Assembly: GCA_965644495.1 (NCBI GenBank)
Contig: CBFFSA010000011.1
Span: 62,001-126,000 of the forward strand
Source: Perkinsela sp. CCAP 1560/9
Lineage: Eukaryota > Protista > Euglenozoa: Kinetoplastea
Direction of reading: 5' to 3'
Length of the DNA stretch: 64,000 nucleotides
The stretch's first letter is position 1; every line of letters begins with the position of its first letter. Under the pieces are notes generated by a model. The model was given only the letters and a program-made list of their open reading frames with translations, was not told the origin of the DNA and ran no database searches. A program made the position numbers and the translations under genes. Of the stretch, positions 30,527 through 42,038 are shown piece after piece.

Positions 30527-32280
30527 TTAAATTAACTTAATGCGGTGTTCCCTACTGAAAAGAGTGGTTCCACAATTTTTATATTTTTGCAGAGCTTGCT
30601 GCAGCACAGCAAAGGTCGCTTGCTGCCGAAACTCAAATTCTTTTGTTTGTACCGCTTTCGAACGAGTTCCTGAATCGGCAACGTTTTCTTCAGAGAGAAG
30701 ATCAGCAATAATAAGATGCACACCAGAAACTTTCAGTTTTTGCAATATTAGATTTACAATCTTGTCCACATTCTTGGACACCGAAAACCCCTTTTCGATG
30801 GACCAATCCACACAAGTGTTGTCGACGGCTCCTATGATTGTGATTGGTAGGGCAAATGAGAAACTTTTTTCAAAAGCTATTGCCTCAGCATGTTCGATCT
30901 GCAGCTCCTCCTCAAAAGCATCTCCCAAGTGATGTTGTATTGTTCCATTGTCTTGATAAATGCACGCAGACCACCGAGTCGGCGTTGCATCTGATGCAAA
31001 AAGTACCGAATCTTTGTTAACATGGGTTGCAAAGCTCAATCTATGTGACCACACTACACGTATCGTGGAGATCATCTCCAAGATCATCGCTAAAGGTTCA
31101 TCCAAATTTACTTCTTTTTTGTCCCATTCAGTAATCTGACCAAGGTCACTTTGAATTTTTGTGAATCTTCCTAATATTCGCCGTGAAAGACTCAACAAGA
31201 GGACGGCAAACCGCAGAAATCCAAGAAATCGGAAGTAGACACGGGAGATTGCTTCTATTGGCGCCTGGGCACTCACTTGCCACGCTTTGAGCAGCGAATT
31301 GTCAAACGACCAAGTAAGACCCAAAGGGGTTTGGCGAAGCGCGATACCGCAAAACGTAAATTCAGCGTTATGTTTTTCCGCAGTGATGTACTTCAAGCTT
31401 AGTCTTGCCCTAAGCTCAAAATTACGGATCAGAATATCTTTCCAGCGCATTTGCAGATGGGACGAAACATATAAGCATAGAGAGTCATATACCACAATAA
31501 TTAAACCGCCATCCTGCAGCCGGAGACAGCCTTGCGCTTCAGTCCACTTGACGTCTTCTTCAGGTACGTAAAGCTCCCTGCGTTCCTCAGCAGTAAGATT
31601 AAGGAGGGCACCCCACACTAGGGCTTGGCAAATACCGCATGCCTTTTTGTAGCCCATTGGAAGAACGCATGATTGTAGTATAGTGTCTCCGAACCGAATG
31701 CAACACCGACGGCGCAATTTTTCACGGATCGGTATTTGGTAGTGAGCGTTACGTATATCCAGGTGTACTGCGCGAAGGCGATGGCGAGCAACATCTGTTT
31801 CACGTAGCAACTCAAGAATGCCTCCAACACTCAGAAGAGAAAAGGATACTTCCTTCCTTTGGGATGCATCGTTCAGAGTTCGTAGGTCAATTATAGCCCT
31901 TGCGGAGGAAGTGTCCTTAACGACGCTAAAATAGTTTCCCAATAACCCCTCTTGCCCTTTAGGAAAGTTCATGTATTGTGTGAGAACACCCACTTTCCAT
32001 AGATATCTAATTGGTGTAGCCCACTTTTCGTTGTTACATCTACTGTATATAGTTTAGTTTGTAGCTCTTCGGGGGGCCCATCAGAAGGATGGACATAACA
32101 TGAATCTACAGGATCTTCATTAAGAAGGCGGATAGCAGTGCCTACAACTGGCATATCAAGGACTGTTCGCTTGTAGTCAATTGATGAGACAATAAATTTA
32201 CCGCGTCCAACATTGGCTAATTCCGAAAGCGGGGCATCGATGGATGCGCAATACTTCCTTTCCAGAGCACACTTGTATTT
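30527..32280 (-). mobile_element. DIRS/VIPER/TATE-type reverse transcriptase-RNase H (degenerate; intact ORF 30527-31993)
   Basis: FSVVK..ARAIIDLRTLN, LDIRNAHYQIPI, LPMG, FCG; RNase H SDAT, AEAIA, VDNT, ENVADSGTR. Confidence 0.85.
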
Positions 32281-33532
32281 TTACAAACTTTTTTCTCTAA
32301 GCTTCCATCGCTAGCTTCATCTTTTTCTTCTTCTATGCCCAGCTCATCAGTGCTTTCCACACCCATGAGATGAATGAAATATGGCATGCGGTACGTTCAG
32401 TATAAGGTGCCGTATGAGAAACTCCTGTGTAAATCCTAAATTCGACTGATGAAATAAGAGTCTTAATCTTCTTTTCTTTTTTCTCTGGATAATGTGCTTT
32501 ACCGCTAAATCCTAGAAAAACATAGACGTAGAACATGGTCTGTAGAAATGTATAAATTATGCATGATTTGTTTTTGGAGAAATAATAATAAAATTTATAT
32601 GTAATAATATACACGTATGTATGTCACGTGTATGTCACGCGGTCGGTGTCGGGGGCGTTTTTCCAATTGCGACCACCACACGGGTCATGCTCCACTTCCA
32701 AAATCACACGCGCAAACATTCCCTCCACGGCAATGCGCGAACGCAGGAGAACCACGTGCCGCAGCCCACCCGTCAATTCGCCCGCCTCTGCAGGAAAACT
32801 CCGAAGCTGTCGAAGTCTTTCTACAAAGGATGCCGACACTTTCGGGCAATCAACTGTACCAATGTCTGTCCGCGCCTGCCGAAGCAGTCGTCGGCAGACC
32901 GCTCCAAGAGACCTCTCATGACGGTCTCGAGCCTTTTCAATAATTCGATCCTCCTCTTTTTGTTGAGATCCGTGAGATATACTTTAGATATTTAATGGCC
33001 CATGCTACGTTACATATTATATTCACTCAAAATAATAGTTTCGCGTGTTTTCCGTTCCTTTATTTATTCACATGTTACCAGAGTTTGCGCACACACCTAT
33101 CGAAATGTCTCCTACGCACTCTATACGCACGAAAAATAAAGGTAACCTGATAAATGAAAAGGGGAAACGATCAAGATCCAAGGACAAGCGTGAAAATGCG
33201 AATACGCACAACAACCAAAAAACACGAAAAACTGATGGAAAAAGGAGTACGAATACATATTCACCAGGATTAGCAGAGGTAACTTTAGTAAGAAAGCATC
33301 CACAAAGAAAGCGAGCTAATTGTGAAGAGGAGTGCAAGAGAACTCGAAAGGGGGGGAGCTCTTCATCTAAAACGTGATTTTGGAAGCCCAAAAGTTGAAT
33401 GGAGTATCATTTTATTTATTTTGTTTATTTATTTATTTTTACTTTTATTTTATATTTAATAATGCGATTAATTGGTCTGTTTCAGCAGTTGAAGAGGGGG
33501 TTGTGAGACGAAGGGTTGTTCATATATTTATA

Positions 33533-34455
33533 AACCCCCCACAGCGAAAAGTCACCCCCCTCTAACTTTTCAGCCAAGTGTCCGTTTGAGCTCATTTTTG
33601 TTGCATTTTGCTGTTCCCAACACAAAGACTATGCGCGTTATAGCATGAAACCAAGGCTCTCAAATGCGTGCATCCGATAGATGGATTATCACTTTCTTCA
33701 CATTTTTCAAAAGGCCAATTTCTCACACTTTAACAAATTATATCTTCTCCTCCCATGAGAATTCTAATTATTTCTGTCCGTTTTTGCTGATTTTTGTTGC
33801 AAACGAGAGATCTCGTTCTCCTAGCAAAGATCTTTGCCGCTATTTTTTAATATTGACCCACTTGTGCCCCCTGGCCACGGAGTGTTTGTTTTCCTAAATT
33901 ATTGTGGTATGACGATGCAAAAAAATCAAACCTAAAAACAATTTTCTTCTTCGGTTTCTAAAATGATCTAAAAATGGTGGGAACGTGTAGATCTCAGAAT
34001 TTTGAACGAGAAAATGATATCTTGACCCCCTTAGGCCCCTTCAAGCAAAAAGTAAAGGGGACAGCTTAAAAAAGTTGATTTATCACCGTTTCAAGAAAGA
34101 ACCAATCAAAGAGAAATATTCCACCACGTGACAAATTGAATGTTTGTTATCTGTTTTTGATCATTTTTGTTGCAATCGAGAGAACTCGTTCCCCTAGCGA
34201 AGATCTGTGACACCATTTTCATGTTGACCCCCTTCCCCCCCTGGTCGAGGAACATGGGATTTTTTGGGTAATATTGGCATGACTATGTAAAAACGTCATT
34301 AAAAAAATGAGTTTTAATTTGTTATCTGTGAAGAGGTCTAAAAACAGCGGGAACGTGCAGATCTCAAAATTTTGAACGAAAAAGTGGTGCCGCAACCCCC
34401 CTAAGCCTCGTTGTACAAAAAAAAGAAGGGGGTGACTTATTCGCTGCGGGGGGTT
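33533..34455. mobile_element. 923-bp non-autonomous IS630/Tc1-type element, copy A
   Basis: ~30-bp TIRs AACCCCCC(A/G)CAGCGAA(T)AAGTCACCCCC, TA flanks; 6 substitutions versus copy at 42983. Confidence 0.92.
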
Positions 34456-34769
34456 TATATATATATTTATAAATTGTATTTATACGTTATTATTTGTTTT
34501 AGTTGTGTTTCGCCAGCAGATAAGGTGGCCAGGTGTATGGGAGGTGAGTTGGAGGACATTTTCGCCCCTATAGGGCCATTCTCATAAGAAAGTAATGAGG
34601 ATGCACGAGTTCTTGGCTGCAGATGGTCTCTTTGCGCGTAAATTTTATGTGAGTTTACATGGAGAAGTGTTTATGTTTATGGTGTAAATTGTAAACCCCC
34701 CAGCTGATACATATGTATCAGTGTCTTTGTTGTTGTTGTGTTGTATGGTGGGTAGCGTATGAACGGGTA

Positions 34770-37012
34770 CCCGAGAAGCTGTTTCCGTTCCCCCCCGAAG
34801 ACGATAGGGTAGTGGTCTGCGGAGGACGTGTCAAAGTTCCAAGGAAGAAGCAGTCTGAGAGGAAGCGTCGGTATTTCTTTCGGAAAGATGCTGAGCGTGG
34901 CAACCTCAGCCAAGAGATTCAAAGCAATTCCAATGCCAGGAACAAGAGTTTGACGATTATGTCACTAAATGTAACAACACTTGACCTTAAAGGGGGTGAC
35001 AATGACCGAAAACAGTGCTTCTTCAGCAGCAATTTTGCATCTCATTAATGAGGTGTACTCCTCTGGTCAAATTCCACTCTCTTGGCAGGAAATTCTACAC
35101 ATTTCGATTCCTAAAAAGGGCGACCTTTCAAGTCTTACGAACTGGCAAGCAATCTGTCTCACGAATCACATCGTAAAAATAATGAATAACATGATACTGA
35201 ATCGCATACAACCGATTATTGAACCAAAACGGAGGAACAACCAATTTGGTTTCCGGCCACTGCGTTCCACGGTTGGTGCCCAGGCGATCCTAACTGAGAT
35301 TATTCAAAAGGCATTAAGGGGACCACAAGGCATTTTTCTTGGGTTCGTAGACTTTAAAGGGGCCTTTCCATCCATATCTCACGGGGCTATTGCAGAATGC
35401 TTGACAGCATTTTCAATCCCGCCTATGTTAAATCGAATGATTTTGGCGACAAACGAATCTCCGACAGGGTATGTGAAAACACAATTTGGCAAAACAGAAA
35501 ACTTTGAAATCGCATCTGGGGTTCTCCAAGGTGATGTTTTGGCACCTTTTATTTTCGTAATGTGTCTCGACAGGATTTTAGAGTTGGCCATGCAAAATCC
35601 AATTTTCGGGTTAACTCTTTTTCGTTCGGGAACAAAAAGCCGTGGAGTTCAACAGTTAAGAATAACGGACGTGGATTATGCCGATGATATTGTGTTCTTT
35701 TCACCTGAAAGAAAGACGCTCCAAGAAATGTTAGTAGCCTTAACGAGAGTTGCAGAACGAGCTGGGCTTAAACTTAACATAGGTCCGTCAAAAACAGCTT
35801 GGATGGTAATCGGAGGACGATTGAACGTATGGACAAATGATACGATTACTCTAGGAAATTACGGCATTGTACCTAGGGCTGACTCATATCGATATCTAGG
35901 CCACATGAAACACTCGCATAAGAATCGAGCCACTTTACAAGACCGTATACAATTAGCTTGGAGAGCATTTCATCGCTTAAAGCCGCTCTGGAGGGAACAT
36001 TTAAGTGTAACGCTCCGCCTGAGAATATTTAATGCTCTTGTAACATCAGTTTTGTCGTACGGTTTAGCCTCTTTGGTTCCGACAGGTGTAGAATTAAAGA
36101 TACTTGACACAGAAGTCAATAAGATGCGCAGAATAGCGACAGGGACGCCGTTGTGGGATGGTTATAGCAAATACCAACATGTGCGCTGTATAGGGGAGAA
36201 CCGAAAGTTTCAACGCTCCTGAGAGTCAACCGCGCTAAACTAGTTGGACACCTTTTGCGGCATGATTCCCCTATTGCGAATGTTGCATTATGGAACATAA
36301 GGGAAGAGGCACGCATACGCTCATTGACTGAAGCTTGTGCCCAGGATCTAGCAATAGATCCAATAGAAATGCACGAACGGGCACTTGATCGATGTTCTTG
36401 GCGTAATCTTATTCAGAATTTGTACCAACGACTAGAACCTATCGCCTATTATAATCCTTTTGATTCAACTAAAAGAATAGCAGAAGTTGCAAAGATTTTG
36501 CAATCGAATCAAAACTCTCTGGAAAAATGGCACGCATTGCAGTTTCAAGAGGAGGGTGAGACACTTTGGCCCCATAACAACTTGCTTCATATATATTGTG
36601 ATGGTTCAGTGAGAAAGCTTTCGAACAATATATTCGCAGGGGCATGTGCTGTAGCCTTCGAAGGAAACGAGATTCTAGCGACTAACGACAAAACGTTGGA
36701 CTCTATTAACGCAACACCAATACGGGCAGAGCTTTCAGCTTTCTTATTGGCATTACCAACTTGTCAAGAGAAGAACGTACCTCCGAGCATACATGGAATT
36801 TCTGGCACAATTACCGTCGCGCATATCAACTGGGTCATTATGATGGACTTGAGAATGCCGATTTGTTGATTCAAATAAACAGTCTAGCACAGGAAATAAA
36901 CAAGAAACATGAAATTCTAGTTGTCAAAGTCAGAGCACATTGTGGTAATTCAAGGAATGAACATGTGGACCAAATTGCAAAGGAAACCAAAGTGCAACAT
37001 CTGAGTCTATAA
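34770..37012 (+). mobile_element. RTE-like non-LTR retrotransposon with RNase H, internally deleted and frameshifted
   Basis: APE start LTIMSLNVTTL; RT PKKGDL, QFGFRP, DFKGAFPSI, GVLQGDVLAP, DYADD; RNase H YCDGS, RAEL, KVRAHCG..NEHVD spread over three frames. Confidence 0.9.
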
Positions 37013-37276
37013 GCGTCGCGGAGCCCTATATGAATATATGGAGTATCATTCTGGCACAGCAGCACAAAACATCGATGGCTCCGTCAATTTCGTCTGAACG
37101 GCAGCATCCAACAAACATATCGCCTGTGAATATTGCGTGTAAACATCCGTGTAAAGATAAAAGAAGGTGTGGTCATAAGTGTTGCAAGCGACATTTGTGA
37201 ATAGCATTGAAAGGTTATTAATTTAGTGACATAATCGAGGACTCTTAGCCACTTATAACACAGTGGTGTATTATTA

Positions 37277-38419
37277 TTATATTATCATATCTGAGGTGGG
37301 GCGGATTGTCTTCCGGTGCAAGCGGGACCACACCAACTTTAGGTTCCAAAGAGCGTCCTGCATGGCAGGTTCCCAATGTACGCCTAATCTCTCTATGCTA
37401 GGCCTCTTAATACCGAACCCAAGTGGAACCTTGGACGTCAGAGTGTCCTGGTGCTCCGCTGTGTGCCGAGCGCCAAGGCAGTAGTTTCCGTCACCCCGGA
37501 ATACCGGAGCAACGTTGCCATCTGTTTGTGCTTTGATAGCTGGATTACATCCTCCATAGTGAGGTTGTTGTGTGCCACTTCTTCCATCATGGCACGCACT
37601 GCGCCATGTTTGAGGCTGTGGGATGAGTATCCCTTGCCCAAATGGTCCCGCAGAAAATTGGTCACTCCCTCCGTAGTAACTCGACTGAAACGTTGGGTTA
37701 ATTGGTGATTCTTCAAGAGTTTGTAAATTTATTCCGTAAATTCGCCCTCGATCACCGTGAAAGAGTCCGGCCGAAACGGCTGCGCTCGGGTAGTCTTCGT
37801 ATGTTGGCCCCAATGGATAACAACCCGGTCCCGCCGAAGGGTAATAACATCTCTGCGCCGCATTTTTGAAACTTCGCCCGCTCTGGAAGCCGTTTTGTAA
37901 GCGACGAGCACTACCAGCATATCGTTTGGCATTAGGGGAATTAACAGCCGGATCTGATCTTTGGAAATTGGGAGTGCTTGTCGGGTCGGTATCGCTGCCC
38001 CGGTCCTGGCGAAAGTTTTGGCTAGAAGTTCCGCATGTGTTGTAGGCTTTTGAGCCTTCGCAAGTACGGAAATTAAGTGTTTCAGGTAAGTGTGCTTGGT
38101 TTGAACGGTGATCCTTAGTCCGGAAATGAATGCGACGACGTTGTCGTCGTCGAACGAAAGATGAGCGGCTCGCATTTGTCGGAGTAATCGTACGCGGGTC
38201 ATCCACGTAGTTCGGGCCCATAAATTTAGAAGATGTTTTTGCATTTCTGTTCTTGTGATTCCCATCTCCGCGAAGACATATCGCACGTCTCTCAAAAACG
38301 CGCATGTTGGTTGTGTGACGGGGGAGTCCCTCAAAACGGTTTGCGGGGTCCGTTTTGGGTGCGAAACAGGGCTGTATGTTTCCTCCGACTGCAGATGTGT
38401 TGACTTTTTTATATTCCAT
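37277..38419 (-). CDS. 380-aa ORF overlapping the recombinase in another frame (possible N-terminal extension of the RT ORF)
   Basis: Stop-free across the whole recombinase gene; overlapping ORFs are typical of YR retroelements. Confidence 0.4.
   Translation of the reverse strand: MEYKKVNTSAVGGNIQPCFAPKTDPANRFEGLPRHTTNMRVFERRAICLRGDGNHKNRNAKTSSKFMGPNYVDDPRTITPTNASRSSFVRRRQRRRIHFRTKDHRSNQAHLPETLNFRTCEGSKAYNTCGTSSQNFRQDRGSDTDPTSTPNFQRSDPAVNSPNAKRYAGSARRLQNGFQSGRSFKNAAQRCYYPSAGPGCYPLGPTYEDYPSAAVSAGLFHGDRGRIYGINLQTLEESPINPTFQSSYYGGSDQFSAGPFGQGILIPQPQTWRSACHDGRSGTQQPHYGGCNPAIKAQTDGNVAPVFRGDGNYCLGARHTAEHQDTLTSKVPLGFGIKRPSIERLGVHWEPAMQDALWNLKLVWSRLHRKTIRPTSDMII
37438..38334 (-). mobile_element. TATE-like tyrosine recombinase (one in-frame stop at 37729-37731)
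   Basis: IPTRQALP, YKTASRAGE (R), HTK, YSSHSLKHGA, SKHK, LRY (catalytic Y), ALGT; the two ORFs are in the same frame, 4 codons apart. Confidence 0.88.
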
Positions 38420-39279
38420 TACTTTATGCGGTTTGTGTGCTCTAGTATTGGAGGCACAAAAACTCTGAATTAGGAGGTGATAGAGATGGAAATGTTTGAT
38501 GTGAAAGTGCTAAGTTTTTTAGCCGACTTTGTCGGTATTTTGGATGGATTGGATGTGTTGACTTGCCTTGCCTTTGACTTGACTTGACTTGATCCAGCGT
38601 TATACGCTTTAAACTTGCTTTTATTATCCGCTGTACATTCTCTTGCTTCTTGCTTTGACTTAAAAAATTCTCTGCTGCTCTTAATTTCTTTGCTGCTTTG
38701 ACTTAAAAAATTCTCACTGCTCTTTTTGCTCCCTAAATTTTCTGTAAACTTGAGAAAGTAATTTCGATTCCGTCTACTGAGCACTCTAGCATACGAAACA
38801 AGGAGGAAGTATTATTACAATCAAATGGTTTCAAGAAAATAAAAGCAAAAAATACTTAACCCACAGTACATTATAGTCAACATTATTTATATTTCATACA
38901 GGTTACTGATCATGATGCGGTAGCGAAATTACTTTAATTTTATTCTTTGTATAGACTGGCTTTTTGCCCGAGGGCGGACTTCTCCGAGTCACTTCCCGCC
39001 AGACCCCCGCAGCGCGAAATCCGATCGCGGTACCTTGGAATTCTGCTCCTGTGTCCCTCGACCGTAATATGCTCATCGTCCTCGGTGACCGCCAGCCCTG
39101 CCGCCAGTCTTGTTGTAATTTATGCTGCTAACGAGCATGTTCGCCAACTGATCCGTTGGGTCCTCGATGCTTCAGAAGAAGCTGGATGAGTGGTGGTCGT
39201 GCTGGTGTTGGGGTCCTGATTGTCGCGTGAACTATTTTTTGGGAAATCTTTTGGAGGAATCTTTTTGGGGAGTGAAGAA

Positions 39280-39714
39280 CACGGGTGCGAATTCGTCGTC
39301 GATGGTGCGTGTTCTGATGTGACTCGGTTCGCTTCTTTGGGATTCGGCGGTGATGATGCGTGTTCTGATCGAGATATGATTCGATTCGATTCGATTCTTG
39401 TATAGAAATCGGGGGCGGTGTCGTAGCGCTTTTGAAGCTAGAGAGTAGCTGGATCCCAGCGCGTGCGTCAGATTGCGTTGCATTATTTGCGAAGTAGATT
39501 TTCCTACGTCGAACGAGGTCTTTGGTCGATGCTACCAACGGATTTGTCTGTTGATGGGGCGGTGATGGGGCTTGAGCCGATTCTTGTGCGGGATTTGGCG
39601 GCAGTGATACGCGTTCTGGCCGCGATGTTGTGACTTGATTGGATTCTTGCGTGGGATTTTGCGGCGGTGCGTGTTCTGGCCGCGGTGTTTTTATTTTTTA
39701 TTTTTTTGGTACAT
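39280..39714 (-). repeat. Degenerate ~60-bp repeats encoding the basic peptide KSQHRGQNTHRRKIPxKNPI
   Basis: Homologous to the array at 44120-44330; ATG at 39714 in frame, with one intervening TAA. Confidence 0.75.
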
Positions 39715-40429
39715 GGAGAAAATCTTTGCCACAACCGCCTCGACCGCCACCCGGTGTCCAACCGGCAGGCCTTTCTTGGTCGAGTGAGCTGGCCACCTTC
39801 CAGTGGCAAGATGAATGGGTGTTTCCACCCACGCACCTCAGGGGAGACACCTCATTACAGGGTAGTGCGAGACTTGCATACCAGAGTTTTGTTGAATCTC
39901 GGATTGCGTCAGAGACTCTGGTAGCTCACTCGCTAAAAACTCCACTGCTCCGGATAGTTAGTCCAGGAGCGCTCCTAGCGTGGAGAAACGAAGGACCTAG
40001 CCTAGAAAAAAGGATCTAGTCCCTTCGCCTCTCCGGGAGATGGGGAGGGATAAAACCTCAGCTAGCACCAATGCCGTTCCACCTCCACCGAGGGGGTAGG
40101 GTTAGCGCGCTCGCTAACAACACACATGCCTCGGCAACGGGATGCTACCCCGTCTATGCCCCGGAACGCGGTTAACGACGCCGCGAACAAGGGTTGAACA
40201 GGAATAGGAACGGACACATTCCTTCCTGCCAGCTCGGAAACCCTTACGTCGGAAGGCTGGGGTCGCCACGCCCCATCACCGGCAACGTTCCAATGCCGGG
40301 CTCCTGACCTCATCTTCCCCTTCTGACGCACCCAAAAGGATATGCCGTGGCAATGACGATCCAGTTAGGATAAACAAAAAGGGGTGTATTGCCGCTTGCA
40401 CGTGTTCTGGGCGTCCAGCAAAGCCCTGT

Positions 40430-40700
40430 TAGTGCTGTAGAAAGAAAACATCGGAAATACGTTGTAGAGAAAGGATTAGAACCAGAGTATTTTCGTTGCA
40501 TCGCTTTAACGGATTGTGGAATGTTACATGAAGATGCCAAGGTCTTGATCAAAGCCCTTGCAAAACGAGCGGATTCTGACCCAAAAGTTATACTTGAAGC
40601 TTTTCAATTGGAAAATGAAAAGTTTGCGGCTTACACTATCGTATCGCAATTGTGGAACCACATACAGGGAGAAAAATGGCTAGGTGGCATAAGCCTTTGA
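40430..40700 (+). mobile_element. CRE/SLACS-like restriction-like endonuclease, C-terminal fragment
   Basis: KHRKY....F......G.L....LI..LA pattern; homologous to 41485-41895. Confidence 0.6.
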
Positions 40701-41224
40701 AGCCAAATAATCTTCTAGTCTCCAAAGTCAAGTCTATCTCGTATTATTCAACATGGGCACAGATACAGGACCCAACAACAACAACAACATGGGCACAGAT
40801 ACAGGACACTAAACTCTGAGGGCTATTAAAAGGACAAAATTCCTTTTTGTTTAAGAAAGAAAGGTATTTTCTTTAGAAATAGATTTTTATATGAGGAAAA
40901 TCCATATGAAAAGTGGGTAGGCTTCCGGTGGGCCTAGGAGGGTGCACACCAAAAAAAAATTATATCTACGTATAAATATACATCATCATCATACGATAAT
41001 GAGAACTTGTGAAAGTAATTGAAGCATTTATATGTAGAATAAGAAGTATGCATGCTGATCGAATTATTTATGATTAATTATGCAGTGTGATTTCAAAAGA
41101 CCTTTCCATTCACGCTCTTCCTCAAAAACCCCCTTTTTGTTTAATACCCCCTTTATATACCCGTGTGGGATGCTAATCCCCAAGTGGGACGTACGAAACC
41201 ATGTAGTCCTTAAATAAAAAACCA

Positions 41225-41380
41225 AGCATCAAATAGCTCCTCATCAAACGATTCTTGCTTCTCTTTCTTTGCACCAGCCGTCGGGGAGTAAACATTAAAT
41301 ATACACGCCTTCATCTTTCCAATATGCATTGCTCCTTTCATAATGCGATCATTGATCTTTTCAACACCTTTCAAGCTTAA
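41225..41380 (-). mobile_element. RTE-type AP endonuclease fragment
   Basis: INDRIM....IFNVYSPT....KQESF.EEL. Confidence 0.7.
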
Positions 41381-41484
41381 AAGCTGGCATTCCTTGTGAG
41401 AAGGAACCGCGCCTATATTCAACGTATCGGTGCACGCAATGCAATGAAGTAGTCGGGCCAGAATACAGGCAGACACATAGTAAA

Positions 41485-41895
41485 GTGTGCGGAGGGAAAT
41501 CTTTTCGGCGCTCTGGACCAGATCTCGTAATTTACTGGAATGATGGAGAAATATATTACGATTTCACCGTGGTACATGAATTAGCGCCTTCAAATTTGGG
41601 AACGAAATGCAATAAGCTATTCCGGGACGCCATCAAACGAAAACACGATACTTATGTCGCAACAAATAAAATCGCGAAAGAAAAATTCAGATGTATTCCC
41701 ATCCTCTATGGTGGATCCCTCCATTTCAATACGAAGTCGCTGTTAATGGCCCTCGCAGATGCGGGCAGCGTACCTCGACAGCAGCTTCAGCTTGAGCTAC
41801 AACTTTTGCTACAGGAGCAAAATGGTGCCATACTATATTCACAACTTCGGAATTACCTTGAGAAGGACAAGGGGGCACTCCAGTTCGCTATATAA
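41485..41895 (+). mobile_element. CRE/SLACS-like restriction-like endonuclease domain (3' fragment)
   Basis: GPDL.......YDFTVVHELAPS...KRKHDTY...FRCIP..GG, a PD-D-K motif. Confidence 0.78.
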
Positions 41896-41989
41896 AGAGT
41901 TTCTAAAGAGGGGAAGAGCTTCTAAAGCCTGCAGTCAGGATAGATTTTTCAGAACTTGAGATAGTAATTGGCGCATTTACATAACATAT

Positions 41990-41996
<7 letters not shown>

Positions 41997-42032
<36 letters not shown>
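41997..42032. repeat. (TA)n microsatellite, transposon target
   Basis: Pure TA run abutting a TIR; a second run at 42965-42982. Confidence 0.95.

Positions 42033-42038
<6 letters not shown>

Noticed and set aside
33045-33460. 3' end of another LINE with a (TTTA)n tail
   Set aside because: Only compositional resemblance to the basic tail of the 61568 ORF; not alignable by eye
33664-33897. Identical 77-aa ORF at 33664 and 43114
   Set aside because: By-product of the MITE duplication; no protein-like features
37729-37731. Stop-codon reassignment (in-frame TAA in the recombinase)
   Set aside because: Host genes end with TAA, TAG and TGA and have no internal stops; this is TE decay
40020-40060. 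HDV-like ribozyme (GGCGAAGGGAC on the minus strand)
   Set aside because: No room for P3/L3/P1; simple hairpin only
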